DNA of 64,000 bases from Carpediemonas membranifera BICM (lineage: Eukaryota; Protista; Fornicata): assembly GCA_019828565.1 (NCBI GenBank), contig JAHDYR010000012.1, forward strand, positions 1,116,001 to 1,180,000, read 5' to 3'. Below, one piece after another: positions 29,359 to 40,405 of this stretch. Below the pieces are notes generated by a model. It saw nothing but the letters and a program-made list of their open reading frames with translations, had not been told where the DNA came from and searched no databases. A program made the translations under genes and the position numbers. Numbering within the stretch: position 1 is the first letter of the stretch; each line of letters begins with the position of its first letter.

Positions 29359-30971
29359 ATGCACAGTTCCTCCGAGATAGAAGAAATGAACGAATCCAGT
29401 CTTCGTAGCTCTTTTTCATCAAAATCAGTTTCCGAGTCATTCCTGGACGACGATCTGGACCTCCAGATTAGCCAGAATGACTCAGCGTTACATCGACGCA
29501 TTTTCTCCTTCTTCACTTCCCCGCTTGGTTTGTTTCATTTGCTGATCTGAGGGAGATCTCGGATTTGCAATCATCCCCGCGTTATCCAGGCAAGAATCTC
29601 ATGGTCGTCACGATGCTCATGATCACCATCGCGGGCATGGAGATAGAGTGGGCCGGAGTCTACTCCTGGGCCTCCAGCACCCTGCTCGAGCACGGGGCGT
29701 CCGGCGAGCTCAGCACGCTGCCCTTCCAGCTCTCCCCCATCATCTCGGTCATCATCATCCCCATTGCGGGGTGGGCAAGCGACCGCGTGATGCCCCGGGC
29801 CGTCCGCTATCGGTACGGCTCCCGCCGCCTCATCCTGACGGTTTCAATCCTCCTGTGCGGGGCCTCGTCCGTCTGCGTGCCCCTCACATCCGGTACGATA
29901 TTCCCCCAGCTGCCGAACATGTTTATCGTGGTGTCCCAGCTGTTCCTCAACACCTTCATCGACATCCTCAACAAGTTCATCGAGTCATTCGTACGCGCCC
30001 TCGTCAGCACCGTCGCCGACCCCCGCATCGAGGGCATAAGCCACGTCCTCACCACGGGCATCCTCGGATTTGCCATGATCTTCGGCTTCCAGGCGACGTC
30101 TCTCCCCCTCAATGACCTGCTGCCCGTCGGTCACACCATGAACCTGTACTTCCCCCTTGGCGTCCTCATCTTCTTCATCACGGCCATACCGGTCTTCTTC
30201 TCCCGAGCAGAGGCCCGGGCGTGCTGTCTCAAGGATAACGTCGACACCCCCGCCACAAGAGACAGGCCCCTGCTGTCTGTCGCTGACGACGGACTCAGCC
30301 GCGTCGGAGACATCGAGGACGACGGCGCCAAGCCAGACCGCGGTGCCCGCAAGCGGACGTCCTGGGTGCGGGTCGGGCTCGTCCTTCTGTGGGGCATGCT
30401 GTCGTTCTTCTCGGCATGGACCCCGTGGGTGTTCAACCCCGAGTTCCTGGGCGTCGAGATCTACCACGGCGACCCCCACGCCGCACCCGATAGCCCCGCC
30501 TTCCACCGGTACGAGAAGGGCAGTCGGCTCGCGGGTTCGTCTGACTCGCTCATCTCTGTCGGCGTGCTGCTCTCGGTCTTTATCTGGATCGCACTCGACG
30601 CGTTGCTGGCCAAACCACTGGGCCGCTTCCGCCCCATGGTCTTTGGCGCGGCGTTCAACGTCGTCATGGTCGTCGGAATGGGGCTGTGCGCCTTCTCCAC
30701 AAGCCTGCCGCTGTTCGTCTTCTCCCAGCTCCTGATGGGCATGGGCTTTGGCGGAAGTACGAACTTCATCTTCAGCCGGGCGGCCCACTACACCCACATC
30801 AGCGACGTCGGCCTCGTGAACACCCTGGTCTTCTCGGCCGAGACGCTGCCCCAGATGCTGATGACGGTGAGTGGGACCATGGCCGTGGGGCTGACTGGGT
30901 CGTACCGCGCCCCGTACGTCCTGGGGGCAGTACCAATGTTGATCGCCATCCCTCTGACGTTCTTCCTGTAA
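29359..30971 (+). CDS. MFS transporter, SLC45 / sucrose-H+ symporter-like; join(29359..29527, 29590..30971)
   Basis: About 12 hydrophobic segments. Motifs GMEIEWA, PIAGWASDR...YGSRR and FLGVEIYHGDP...YEKG are typical of SUT/SLC45. Confidence 0.85.
29528..29589 (+). other. Spliceosomal intron, 62 nt, with internal 13-bp stem-loop (29539-29570)
   Basis: GTTTGT...TTATCCAG. Removal fuses the two ORFs in frame (CTT G|GC AAG). Confidence 0.75.
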
Positions 30972-31500
30972 ACTCCGGATTTTGTGTGCGGCGTCGTCGG
31001 CCGAGTCAGGCGCAATGCGATAAGTGCTGTGGCAGGGTCACAGGACAACCCTATGATGCGTGGCCCGTCATCCCCTAAAGGCAGATGCGACCTTCCCAGC
31101 GTATAACGGGGAATGTGACTTGCCTCGACTCAACTCGATCCGACTGAGATTGACTCTCCTCCGGAAAACTAATGACCCAGAGGGGTAAGGGTAAAAGTGC
31201 TCTTCTGCATTTCTTATAGTCGCGCATGGGCCACTGAGGTCACACTCAGCTGAACATCAGAGTCATTCGGCTGTGTCCATTGAGCCCCAGAAGTTGACGC
31301 AAGAATCACAAAGGGCGAATGGGTCGACACATGCTGCGACCGGCCAGTGGTTTGTGGTGAAGACAGTGTCAGGTGGGGTGCGAGACTCCCATAGTACTTG
31401 GAGGTCATCCCCGCCGTCGACGACCTGTGGACACAATGGAACACACAGATTCGCTCATATATGTCTATTTATTACATGCTGCTTGAGTGATCTACTGTTG

Positions 31501-32157
31501 CTAGTTGCCATAATTCTCCCGCTGGGCGTCGACAGCGTCGTCGATGCTCAGAACCGCCATCGCGTGCTTCACAAGGGTGATTGGGGTGGAGCTACGCGTC
31601 GTGTGACTCGATAGCGTCTTGATAGACCCCGAGACCGACAGCCGCTTCGCTCCCTTGGCACCGCGGGGCGACGGCAAGAACTGGGGAGACGCCAGAGGCC
31701 GCCCGAAGCATGCAACAGGGCTGCGGCCCGGCGAGAATGCCGATGGTCTGCGACTAGTGCTGAGTGATGCTGAAAATTCCAAAGTGCTGGTGCGGCCCGA
31801 GGTACATGTGGCTTCGGTTGCGGAGGCGGTGAAGATCTCGTCGACCTCAACTTCAATGCGGGGTGAAATCATTCGGGCACGGGGGGTGATCGCCTCTAGA
31901 GTCAAAGAGGCCGATTTGTGCAGCTGGTCTGAGCCGACGAGGTCGACTTCCTTAGTGAAGGAAACAGGTGCGAAGAGCAAATGTGTGGACTTGGAGCCCT
32001 CCATTGGCCTGATTTCTTTCATTAAATTGGGTATTGAGGACGGGGATTCTGCAGGAAGCTCTTCCAGCTCTGCGTCGGAGCTGAAATCGGCTTCCGAAAG
32101 ATGGAGGTCGCTGTCAGAAGCTTGAGGGATGTAAAAGATGTCCAAATCAGGTTTCAT
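31501..32157 (-). CDS. Hypothetical Ser/Pro-rich disordered protein
   Basis: 218-aa ATG-initiated ORF with many SP sites and no recognisable domain. Confidence 0.55.
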   Translation of the reverse strand: MKPDLDIFYIPQASDSDLHLSEADFSSDAELEELPAESPSSIPNLMKEIRPMEGSKSTHLLFAPVSFTKEVDLVGSDQLHKSASLTLEAITPRARMISPRIEVEVDEIFTASATEATCTSGRTSTLEFSASLSTSRRPSAFSPGRSPVACFGRPLASPQFLPSPRGAKGAKRLSVSGSIKTLSSHTTRSSTPITLVKHAMAVLSIDDAVDAQRENYGN

Positions 32158-32817
32158 TATCTGTAAGCTTGTTATTTTGGCGCTTTTGTGGAGGGTTTGC
32201 GCGGCGTAGCTTCCACAACAGCTTCTTCAACGGCCGTTTGACGGACAACGAAATCTAGAGGATCCGAAATCTAGCAGATCCACACAGGGCAACGTAGATG
32301 AAGTGTCGTCGACCCGAGGCTTGACGCTTTGCTGAGCGGACTAGCGTCGTTTCATTTTTATGTGTCACCCGATCATCATTGCCGTGGTCAGCGTTCCGGG
32401 GGCTAATTGACCGAACAAGAGGCATTGGCCAAGCATGTGATAGAAAACAGTTGCCTGAGATTGATTGTGCCAAACACCGAAATCCCGGATTGGTTTTGTG
32501 AGATGGGTCTCGACCTAAATTCTGAGAAGGAAATCATGGACTCGGCCAGTATTTTTTTCTGAGACGAGATCGAACCAACCTGATGGTTCGGGCGAGGATA
32601 GCACTTCTGTGTGAGGATGTGTCCGAACTTTCGTCTGCCAAGATTGCCTGCAAGGTCAGGTTTCGTCTATCAAAATTGCCTCATGGCATATTCCGCGGTA
32701 TTACTCGATATGTGTTCAGTTGCCGTTATTGACGGCATATTCATTGTGGTCAACGACGGTCCCACAGAAAAGATGAGATGTTGAAAAAAAAGAACACCAA
32801 CCAGTAGAACCCAAGAT

Positions 32818-34269
32818 ATGCGCATTGCTCTCGCTCTTCTTTGTGTCGCTGCTGCGCTCGCTGTGACTATGCCTTCTCTGCCCAGCAAGGTCAACTTCAA
32901 GGTCCTTGTGACCAAGGAGGATGGTATGTAACAACATCATCCTGTTTTACTCAGACAAGTTCCAGGGCTACTCCTACGAGGTCAACATCAACGGCAAGAC
33001 CTTCGCCGAGTCCCTCTACCCCACTGGCACAACCCGCTACGTCCAGCAGGGCGGCAAGCAGTACAGCATCTACATCTCTGCCGACGATCAGGAGAACCTT
33101 AAGTGCTCCATCGGCCAGGACCTCGGTGAGGGCCTCTTCGGCCTCGCCCACCTTGTCCAGCCCTGGACTGCTGACGTCAGCAAGGCCCAGTACATCGGCC
33201 AGGACTACCTGCGCGGCGAGCTCGTCTTCAAGTTCGTCGTCGGCCCCTCCAAGGCTGCCCCATACGAGTCCATCTTCTTCTTTGACGCCAAGTCCAGCAA
33301 GCTCGTCCACTGGGAGACCCAGCACCAGGGCCACGCCTACCGCACCTACTCTATCGACGTCTTTGACTGGAAGGAGAACTACAACAACGACGACCTCTGG
33401 GATCACTCCATGTGCTATGGCGAGACCCTCGTTGCCCGCCAGCCCGATCGCGTCCCCCCGAACCACGCCGACCTCCTCGCCGACGAGCTCGTGTCCCTCC
33501 ACGAGTACGACGGGAACGACGTCCTCCCCAAGTCCGTCGACTGGAGCCAGGGCGATGACCGCCGCACCCTCGTCGGCGTCTGGGACCAGGGCCAGTGCGG
33601 CTCCTGCTGGGCCCACTCCGCCGCTGAGGGGCTCTACGGCCAGATCCTCCGCTACTCCAAGACCGGCCACCCCATCTCCCGCCAGTGGATCAACGACTGC
33701 TCCACCGCCGGTCAGGGCTGCTACGGCGGCGACGAGCTCGAGGCCTACCGCATCATGGCCCACAACAAGGACATCGTCCCCCTCGAGCGCGCCTACCCTT
33801 ACAACATCAACAACAACAAGGTACGCCCCCACATCGTTCTATTCTAACACAGTGCCGCGCCGTCACGGCCAACCCCGCCATCGCCTACGGCACCAACGCC
33901 AAGCCCCTTGTCACTGGTGTTAAGGTCATCCCTGAAGGCAACGAGGATGCTCTCAAGCATGCCATCGCCACCGTCGGCCCCGTCACGATCGGTGTCTGCG
34001 TCAACGAGGACTTCATGAACTCCCACGACCGTGTGATCCACACTGCCCAGAAGTGCACCGCCGCCGACATCGAGCACGCCATCCTCGCCATCGGCTACGG
34101 CGTCGATGACGTCACCGGCGAGGAGTACTGGCTCGTCCAGAACAGCTGGAGCTACCGCTGGAACTGGGACGGCAAGGCCAAGATTGCCCGTAACCGCGGC
34201 AACCAGTTCGCCATCGCTTCGGGCGCTGGCTACCCCGTCGTTGACCCCGAGGTTGCCAAGCAGTTCTAA
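32818..34269 (+). CDS. Papain-family (C1A) cysteine protease, secreted; join(32818..32923, 32955..33820, 33853..34269)
   Basis: Signal peptide MRIALALLCVAAALA, then QGQCGSCWAH, GCYGG, HAILAIGYG and YWLVQNSW. Two introns restore the frame (462 aa). Confidence 0.92.
32924..32954 (+). other. Spliceosomal intron, 31 nt (GTATGT...TTACTCAG)
   Basis: In-frame join GAT G|AC AAG. Confidence 0.88.
33821..33852 (+). other. Spliceosomal intron, 32 nt (GTACGC...CTAACACAG)
   Basis: In-frame join AAG|TGC links the catalytic Cys half to the His/Asn half. Confidence 0.9.
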
Positions 34270-34530
34270 GTAAACAGCTTCTGATAGATTCCATGCTGGG
34301 AGTTCATCCAATCATGCGAAAATGACCAAACGTCCCTTTGATGTGTAGTTCAAGGTCGGTCTCGGTGTAGGACTCGGCCCTCGATGTTCCAAATGGCGGG
34401 ACCATCGCCTGGGACACGGAGTGATTGGTTAACGCCACGTCCTTGGTATGCGCTGTGGGTAATCACTACACCATCCACCCAGGCCTCCAGCCCCACAGCC
34501 GCACAAGTAATACAGCGAATTTATCATATC

Positions 34531-37383
34531 TTACAGCGAGTCCTCATCCTCGTCGACGGACGCCTCGATGCGGGCCACGGCGTCCGTCAGCGACAGCTCA
34601 TCCAGGCCAGACGCCGCGAACGTCTCGAGCGTGTAGAACTGCCTGCTCACCGTCTGGAGCATGGGATGGGTCGGACCGAGCGTGTAGAACGCCGCGACAG
34701 CTGCGCGGCGGCCTGCGTCGAGGGCGGCGTCGAGGTTGTCGGCCTCGTGATATGCGACGGAGAGCTCGGAGTAGAGTGCCGCCACAAGGGGGTGCTGGAA
34801 CCCGACCGCGGGCTCGAGCCGGCCCAGAGCCCGGTCGAGGAAGCTGGGGCCGGCCTCGTCGAGGTGCGCCAGACCCCTCATAGCGAGGGCGTAGGTGACG
34901 GCCGCGCTGAGGTAGTCGGGCGCCGTGGAGTGCAGCCGGGCGCGGGTTGACTGGACGACGGTGTCGTACAGGGCAGTGGCCTCGAGGCTGAGGTCGGATT
35001 CGGGCACGTTGGCGCACCTGTTCCATCTGGAGTACTCGGGGCGCCCGGACTCGGCGTGGCGGGACCGCAGCTGGTCGGCAAGGGCGAGGGCGACCTCGTC
35101 CGTCGCCATCGGGTCGGCAGCGGCCTTGCGGAGGATGTCGGTGGCCATCTCGCGCTCTTCAGTGCCCGCGACATACCAGCGCGCGTTCTGCCCCTTCTCG
35201 TCGACAGCCAGGGCGCGGTCGACGGCGTCGAGGGGCCTGGCGATGAAGTGGGCCGGGACTACGTCGCCCTTGACCCGGGCGGCCGGGGCTGTAACAGCCT
35301 GGGCGGTTATCGGGCTGTCCGCGCTGTAGTCGACCGTCGAGTCATCCAGAGTCACGCCGAGAATGCCGCACGAGACATGGACGAGAGCGCTGGCGAACAG
35401 CGGTCTGCGGTGCTCGGGCGTCAGCTCGAAGCCGTAGTGGGAACCCGAGTGGTCCTCGATAAAGGCCCACACGTCGCCAGGCAGGCCCGTGAAGAGGTCA
35501 TTCAGGGTCTGTGCGACGGTCTCCGCGTCCACGAGCTCGCCCTGGGCGCGGAGGAAGGCGCGGAGGGTGCGGCCGAACATCTGCCGGAGGGCCATCTCGC
35601 GGGCGTGAAGGTCGACCTCGTTCGATGCAATGAGCCCCAGCGCGCTCATCGGGATGCCGCGGGCGTGCATGGCGGCTATCAGCTCGGCGTCCGTGTAGTA
35701 CGGCTTGGGCGCGGCCAGAAGGTCATCCAGGAAGTCCGCCACGGCCTTCTCGACGGCCGCTTGCAGGTCAGCTGCGGACTCGGCGCTCTCGGGCTGGACT
35801 GGAGTGAGTTCGATGGGCCGGGTCGCCATGACGACGCCGGTCTCCTCATTCTTCCAGTACACCTCGCGCATCGACGTCGGCACCTTGTAGCGCGTCAGCT
35901 TGGCGTCGGGGATGACGTTGCGGTGCTTCCCGGCACTGTGGCACTCGGTGCAGACGTCGAACTCGTTTCCGCCGTGGGAGCCCTTGAGATACTCATACTC
36001 CTCGATCAGCCGGCCGCAGATGTCGCAGGCGGTCGGCTCAAGAGACGTGTACCGGACGAAGCCCTCACGGGTGGCGTCGCTGCCGCCGTACGTGGCCTGC
36101 AGCTCCGGTCTCGCCCAACCCGCCCCGACGGGAGTGAGCAGCGAGGCGGTGCCCTCGAGCACGAGGCCGTGGGGGGTGCGGTAGGCCGCGAAGTTGGACG
36201 CCGGAAGCAGCGCGGTGTTGCCGAAGAGGTCGGTCTTCCCGGCCTGGGCAATGTCGAGGGCATCGCACACGACGGTGAGGACCTCGGCCGCGGCGTCGTC
36301 CGGGGTGACAATCATGGCGCCCTTTGTGATGGACCCGCAGACCATGGTGGCGGGGCTGGGGTCGACCGTGGTGCAGAGGTATCGGCGGGGGAGGACGTCG
36401 ACGATGGCCATTGGCACGGGGGCCACGCCGGGCACAGTCAGCAACGCATCGTGGGCCCTTAGCTCGGCAGCGGCCTCGGCGTACCACGTGGAGACGTCGC
36501 GGCAGACGATGCCGTCCTTGGCGTAAACGGGGCCGGACTCCCGGGACGACAGCGGCTCGAGGGTGGGGATCGACGTGACGAGGGCCTCGCAGGCAGCGAG
36601 GAAGTCGGCGCGGAGGGCACGGGCTGCCTCCACGCGGGCCTCGCCCTCTTCCATGTCGCGAACAGTGACGGCGCGGCCGACCCAGGGACTGCCGGCGATG
36701 ACGGGGACGTGCCGGGCCTCGGGCCACAGCATGAACGTCGTCAGCACGCGGAGGACACCACTCTCCACGGCCTCGGTAACAGCAGCATCGCTGTTGATGG
36801 GCTCGAAGTCATCTGACACCAAGATGCAGTCAGACGGCCCGAAGAGCTCGACAGCAATCTGGCCGAGCTTCTCGAGGCGGGCCATGTTTGACGGGATCTT
36901 CACCTCCAGCGCACTCACGTCGTTGGGCGAGTGGACGTATAGGGTGAACTCGGACGCCTTGGCGCCGGCCTGCTCGGCGAGCTGCTCGAGGACGGACATG
37001 TCAAGTGACAGTGTGGGGCCTGTATGCTCGGGCTCGGGCTCGGGCATGGCTGGTTCGGGGAGGGATGGCACACTAGGCTCGCGCCTGCCCTTGCCTGCCC
37101 TAGCCTTGCCCTTGACAGGCTTGGTCTTCTGCGGTTTTTCCTTCTTGGATGGTTTGACATTCTTCTCCTGCTTGGCTGGAGACGATGGTGCATTCTTTGC
37201 AGTGTTGCTAGCGGCGGGAACAGCAGTTTCAGTCCTGATAGGCGCATCCTTGACCTGGATTGTTTGGTCAGCGGCTTCGTCCGCGATAGGTTCATCAGAC
37301 GGGACTTCTTCAGGGGCGAAGTTGGATTGATGATCAAGTTGTTCTACGTCTTGGATCTCGGCGCTCGACGCTCCACAACCCAT
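34531..37383 (-). CDS. CLU/Clueless-like protein with ZZ-type zinc finger insert, C-terminal TPRs and N-terminal dual-acylation motif
   Basis: MGCGAS start; CLU-like ELRAH...PMAIVDV; CDICG...DVCTECH...H; central motif LIAAMHARGI; TPR-like GFQHPLVA and LGPTHP. Confidence 0.7.
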   Translation of the reverse strand: MGCGASSAEIQDVEQLDHQSNFAPEEVPSDEPIADEAADQTIQVKDAPIRTETAVPAASNTAKNAPSSPAKQEKNVKPSKKEKPQKTKPVKGKARAGKGRREPSVPSLPEPAMPEPEPEHTGPTLSLDMSVLEQLAEQAGAKASEFTLYVHSPNDVSALEVKIPSNMARLEKLGQIAVELFGPSDCILVSDDFEPINSDAAVTEAVESGVLRVLTTFMLWPEARHVPVIAGSPWVGRAVTVRDMEEGEARVEAARALRADFLAACEALVTSIPTLEPLSSRESGPVYAKDGIVCRDVSTWYAEAAAELRAHDALLTVPGVAPVPMAIVDVLPRRYLCTTVDPSPATMVCGSITKGAMIVTPDDAAAEVLTVVCDALDIAQAGKTDLFGNTALLPASNFAAYRTPHGLVLEGTASLLTPVGAGWARPELQATYGGSDATREGFVRYTSLEPTACDICGRLIEEYEYLKGSHGGNEFDVCTECHSAGKHRNVIPDAKLTRYKVPTSMREVYWKNEETGVVMATRPIELTPVQPESAESAADLQAAVEKAVADFLDDLLAAPKPYYTDAELIAAMHARGIPMSALGLIASNEVDLHAREMALRQMFGRTLRAFLRAQGELVDAETVAQTLNDLFTGLPGDVWAFIEDHSGSHYGFELTPEHRRPLFASALVHVSCGILGVTLDDSTVDYSADSPITAQAVTAPAARVKGDVVPAHFIARPLDAVDRALAVDEKGQNARWYVAGTEEREMATDILRKAAADPMATDEVALALADQLRSRHAESGRPEYSRWNRCANVPESDLSLEATALYDTVVQSTRARLHSTAPDYLSAAVTYALAMRGLAHLDEAGPSFLDRALGRLEPAVGFQHPLVAALYSELSVAYHEADNLDAALDAGRRAAVAAFYTLGPTHPMLQTVSRQFYTLETFAASGLDELSLTDAVARIEASVDEDEDSL

Positions 37384-37556
37384 TTCGTTTGGATGTTCGC
37401 TTGCGGGGTTCTGGAATTTTTTCATGCACGATCGGCCACCCACCTCAATCGGGGCCAGACTCGCTGCTAGGCCTCAGACATGGCCGTATAGTCAACCCTC
37501 CTCCTTCTTCCAACGAGAAATTGCTGTGCAGTTTGTGCGGCAATCGCTGGCTTTGC

Positions 37557-38049
37557 ATGGGCAAACGAAAGACAAAAGCGAAGGTGCCAACAAAGCGGAA
37601 GAAGCTTGTATGTTAGCATATTATTCCCGATTACTCAGACTCTTCCGAAGAAGACCTTCGATTGCCCCGTGTGCGGCACCGACAAGTCTGTAATCGTCAC
37701 AATCGACAGGAAAAACAGGATAGGCTCCCTTAGATGCACTGAGTGCAGCGAGTCCTTTGAGAAGAGAATCAATGTGCACCTGGAGGAGGCCGTGGACGTC
37801 TTCACCGAGTGGGCCGACAGCCTCAGAGACCAGCAGCAGAACGCCCCGGCACAGGGGACGCAGGACGAGGGAGAAACGTACTCGCCTGACTACCAGGAGG
37901 GTGCTGACGATATGGCCCCCGGGTCACTGTTCGACAAGTCTCCCGGGTCTTTCGGCGACGACGACCTCTTTGGGCTGCCCGAGGAGGAGGAGCCCGAGAC
38001 CATGGGGCTTGTGAATGACGATGATCTGGACGATCTGGCGGACGATTAG
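37557..38049 (+). CDS. ELF1: Transcription elongation factor Elf1; join(37557..37607, 37639..38049)
   Basis: MGKRK start, FDCPVC...SV...IGSLRCTEC...AVDVFTEW, acidic tail. Confidence 0.9.
37608..37638 (+). other. Spliceosomal intron, 31 nt (GTATGT...TTACTCAG)
   Basis: In-frame join CTT|ACT restores the Elf1 N-terminus. Confidence 0.9.
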
Positions 38050-38196
38050 TGTGTATAAAGCTGCCGTTTACGGGATGGGCGGGTCTGGCTACTACGGTGG
38101 GGTTGGGGTGCTTTGTGAGTGGGAGGCTGCCTGCATGGGAGATGGCACGGTCAATCGGCTGTGCAGGTTTGGAAAAGTCGAAACGAACGCGAGCCA

Positions 38197-40341
38197 ATGG
38201 CGTCGGAACAAGCCCATCCTGATACCGGAACGGGTGATACGATTTCTGACGTGCGCTGGTCCCGTGTGCTGGCCTATCACGATCATTTCGTGAGCTATTA
38301 CGACCGATTGTTCAAAGACATGGCGAAGCGGAAGAAGCGCTTGAAGGAGGCCAAGCATGCCATGAAGAAGCTGAAGAAGGAGGACAGGGAGGACTTCTGG
38401 CTGGCCTTTGTGGCCCGTGAGACGCTCACTCTCCGTGCTCGACGCATCGGCGTCACTGCAGCCGACTTTGAGCTGAAGAGAATCATCGGGCAGGGCGGTA
38501 TGAGCAACGTGTACCTAGCTAAGTACAAGCAGACCGGCCGGTACTACGCTATGAAGCGGATCGGGAAGTACAACGTCTCGACGTTCAACCAGGCGCTCAG
38601 AATCAGATCCGAGCGCGCCGTCATGACCATCACTGACAACCCCTTCATCACCAAGTGCAAGTTCTGCTTCCAGGACGACGCGTACGTCTACATGGTCATG
38701 GATCTGGCCCAGGGCGGCGACTTTGCCGCCCTCCTCGGCAAGATCGGCGGCCTGTCGCCAGAGGACGCAGCTATCTACTTCGCGGAGATGGTGGAGGCCG
38801 TGTCTGCGCTGCACTCCCACGGCTTCATCCACCGCGACCTGAAGCCGTCGAACTTCCTCATCAGGGCGGACGGACACCTGCTGCTGGCGGACTTCGGGTT
38901 CGCCAAGGGAATGCAGAGCGTCGACAACGCCAAGGTCACCAACAAGGACCAGCTGTCTTACTCCGTCGTCGGCACCCCCGAGTACATTGCCCCCGAGGTC
39001 TTCAGCGGCGCCGGGTACACCTTCTCCTGCGACCTGTGGTCACTTGCCTGCATCTTGTACGAGATGCTGTCGGGGGCCCCGCCATTCACCGCGGCCACGA
39101 TAGCCATGGTCATCGCCAAGATCCAATCACACGACTGCAACGACCAGTTCATATGCAAGGACGACTTGGTCGACTTTGACGACCCCGACAACCCCCTCGT
39201 CGACCAGGCCTGGGACCTCATACAGCGTCTGCTGTGCCCCGCCGCTAGCCGCACCATCACGCTTGACGACATCAAGGCCCACCCGTTCCTGGCGGGGATC
39301 AACTGGGATGCTCTGCCGCGACGGACGGACATGCCCTTCATACCGAAGCTGGACGGGCCGGACGACTTCAGATACTTCGAGTGCAGCAAGGAGGTCAAGG
39401 CAGACGAGGACCTCAACAAGTTGGTTGACGTTGACCTGCTGTCCGAGCTTGACGACCTTTCCGTCGCCTCTATGTCAGCTGGGTCCCCCTCAAACGTGCT
39501 GGGGTCGGCCCTCACCAACGCCAGCAACGGCAGCGTCGACCTAGCCCCCGCGAGTCACGGTCGGCGCGTGTCAGCCCCGGTGGTGCCGTCCCTGTCGAGC
39601 AAGGTCATGCAATTCGAGTCAACGGGCGGCAACAGCGTCGTGCGGGCCCAAGTCCACATTCCCCAGACACGATCGCCGTTCGCCACGAGTGCCCGCACAG
39701 CGTCGGCCTCGATGACGCGGCAGCGGTCGCTGTCGGACCCTAAACTGACCCCGATGATGGACTACCACCGCGTCGGTTCGCCCGTCAACGGCGAGGAGGC
39801 CTCCACGCCCTCGTTCATCACGCCGAGCTTCTCGTCGCTCGTGCCGTACCCCAGCCTCGACAGGTCGGGGTTCATGCCGTCCGCGGTGTTCTCGTCGACC
39901 CCGCCCGTTGACGACGAGCCCGAGTCATTCCAGAGTCACATGTCCGCCGGTAGCATGGCGTCGGTGCTCGAGGCAGAGAACGTGAGCCGTGGGGAGTCCC
40001 CCATGGAGGCGCTTAGGGACATCGGGTTCGTCACGGACGACGCTGTGCCCGACCCATCTCGGACGATGCATAAGAAGATGATTGAAATGCTGAAGCACCA
40101 CCGCGACAACCCAGTCACGCCAGACGCGAACGACGCGAACGACACCTCCGAGGGGGAGAGTACGGCGGGTCGGCACCCCATGACCATCGTGATCAAGAAG
40201 GGCGACACCAGGCAGGAGAGGAGCAGTCGCATGGGCACGATTATGGAGCGGACGCCGTTGGAGGGAGCCCGCAAAAGGGGTGGGTTGCATCGACCCCGAG
40301 TCCGCATCAGCGGAGTCCGGGACACAGAGGGGGCAACTTGA
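38197..40341 (+). CDS. AGC kinase, NDR/LATS (Dbf2/Sid2-like) family
   Basis: Mob-binding NTR (YYDRLF...R..R...ETLTLRARR), GQGG, HRDLKPSN, DFG, YSVVGTPEYIAPE, PFIPKL...DFRYF, and a long Ser-rich tail. Confidence 0.9.
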   Translation: MASEQAHPDTGTGDTISDVRWSRVLAYHDHFVSYYDRLFKDMAKRKKRLKEAKHAMKKLKKEDREDFWLAFVARETLTLRARRIGVTAADFELKRIIGQGGMSNVYLAKYKQTGRYYAMKRIGKYNVSTFNQALRIRSERAVMTITDNPFITKCKFCFQDDAYVYMVMDLAQGGDFAALLGKIGGLSPEDAAIYFAEMVEAVSALHSHGFIHRDLKPSNFLIRADGHLLLADFGFAKGMQSVDNAKVTNKDQLSYSVVGTPEYIAPEVFSGAGYTFSCDLWSLACILYEMLSGAPPFTAATIAMVIAKIQSHDCNDQFICKDDLVDFDDPDNPLVDQAWDLIQRLLCPAASRTITLDDIKAHPFLAGINWDALPRRTDMPFIPKLDGPDDFRYFECSKEVKADEDLNKLVDVDLLSELDDLSVASMSAGSPSNVLGSALTNASNGSVDLAPASHGRRVSAPVVPSLSSKVMQFESTGGNSVVRAQVHIPQTRSPFATSARTASASMTRQRSLSDPKLTPMMDYHRVGSPVNGEEASTPSFITPSFSSLVPYPSLDRSGFMPSAVFSSTPPVDDEPESFQSHMSAGSMASVLEAENVSRGESPMEALRDIGFVTDDAVPDPSRTMHKKMIEMLKHHRDNPVTPDANDANDTSEGESTAGRHPMTIVIKKGDTRQERSSRMGTIMERTPLEGARKRGGLHRPRVRISGVRDTEGAT

Positions 40342-40405
40342 TGTACTCTATGTTGAACTGTGATAATAAACGACCGGAACACTAATATTTACCTTAAATT
40401 CTCCC

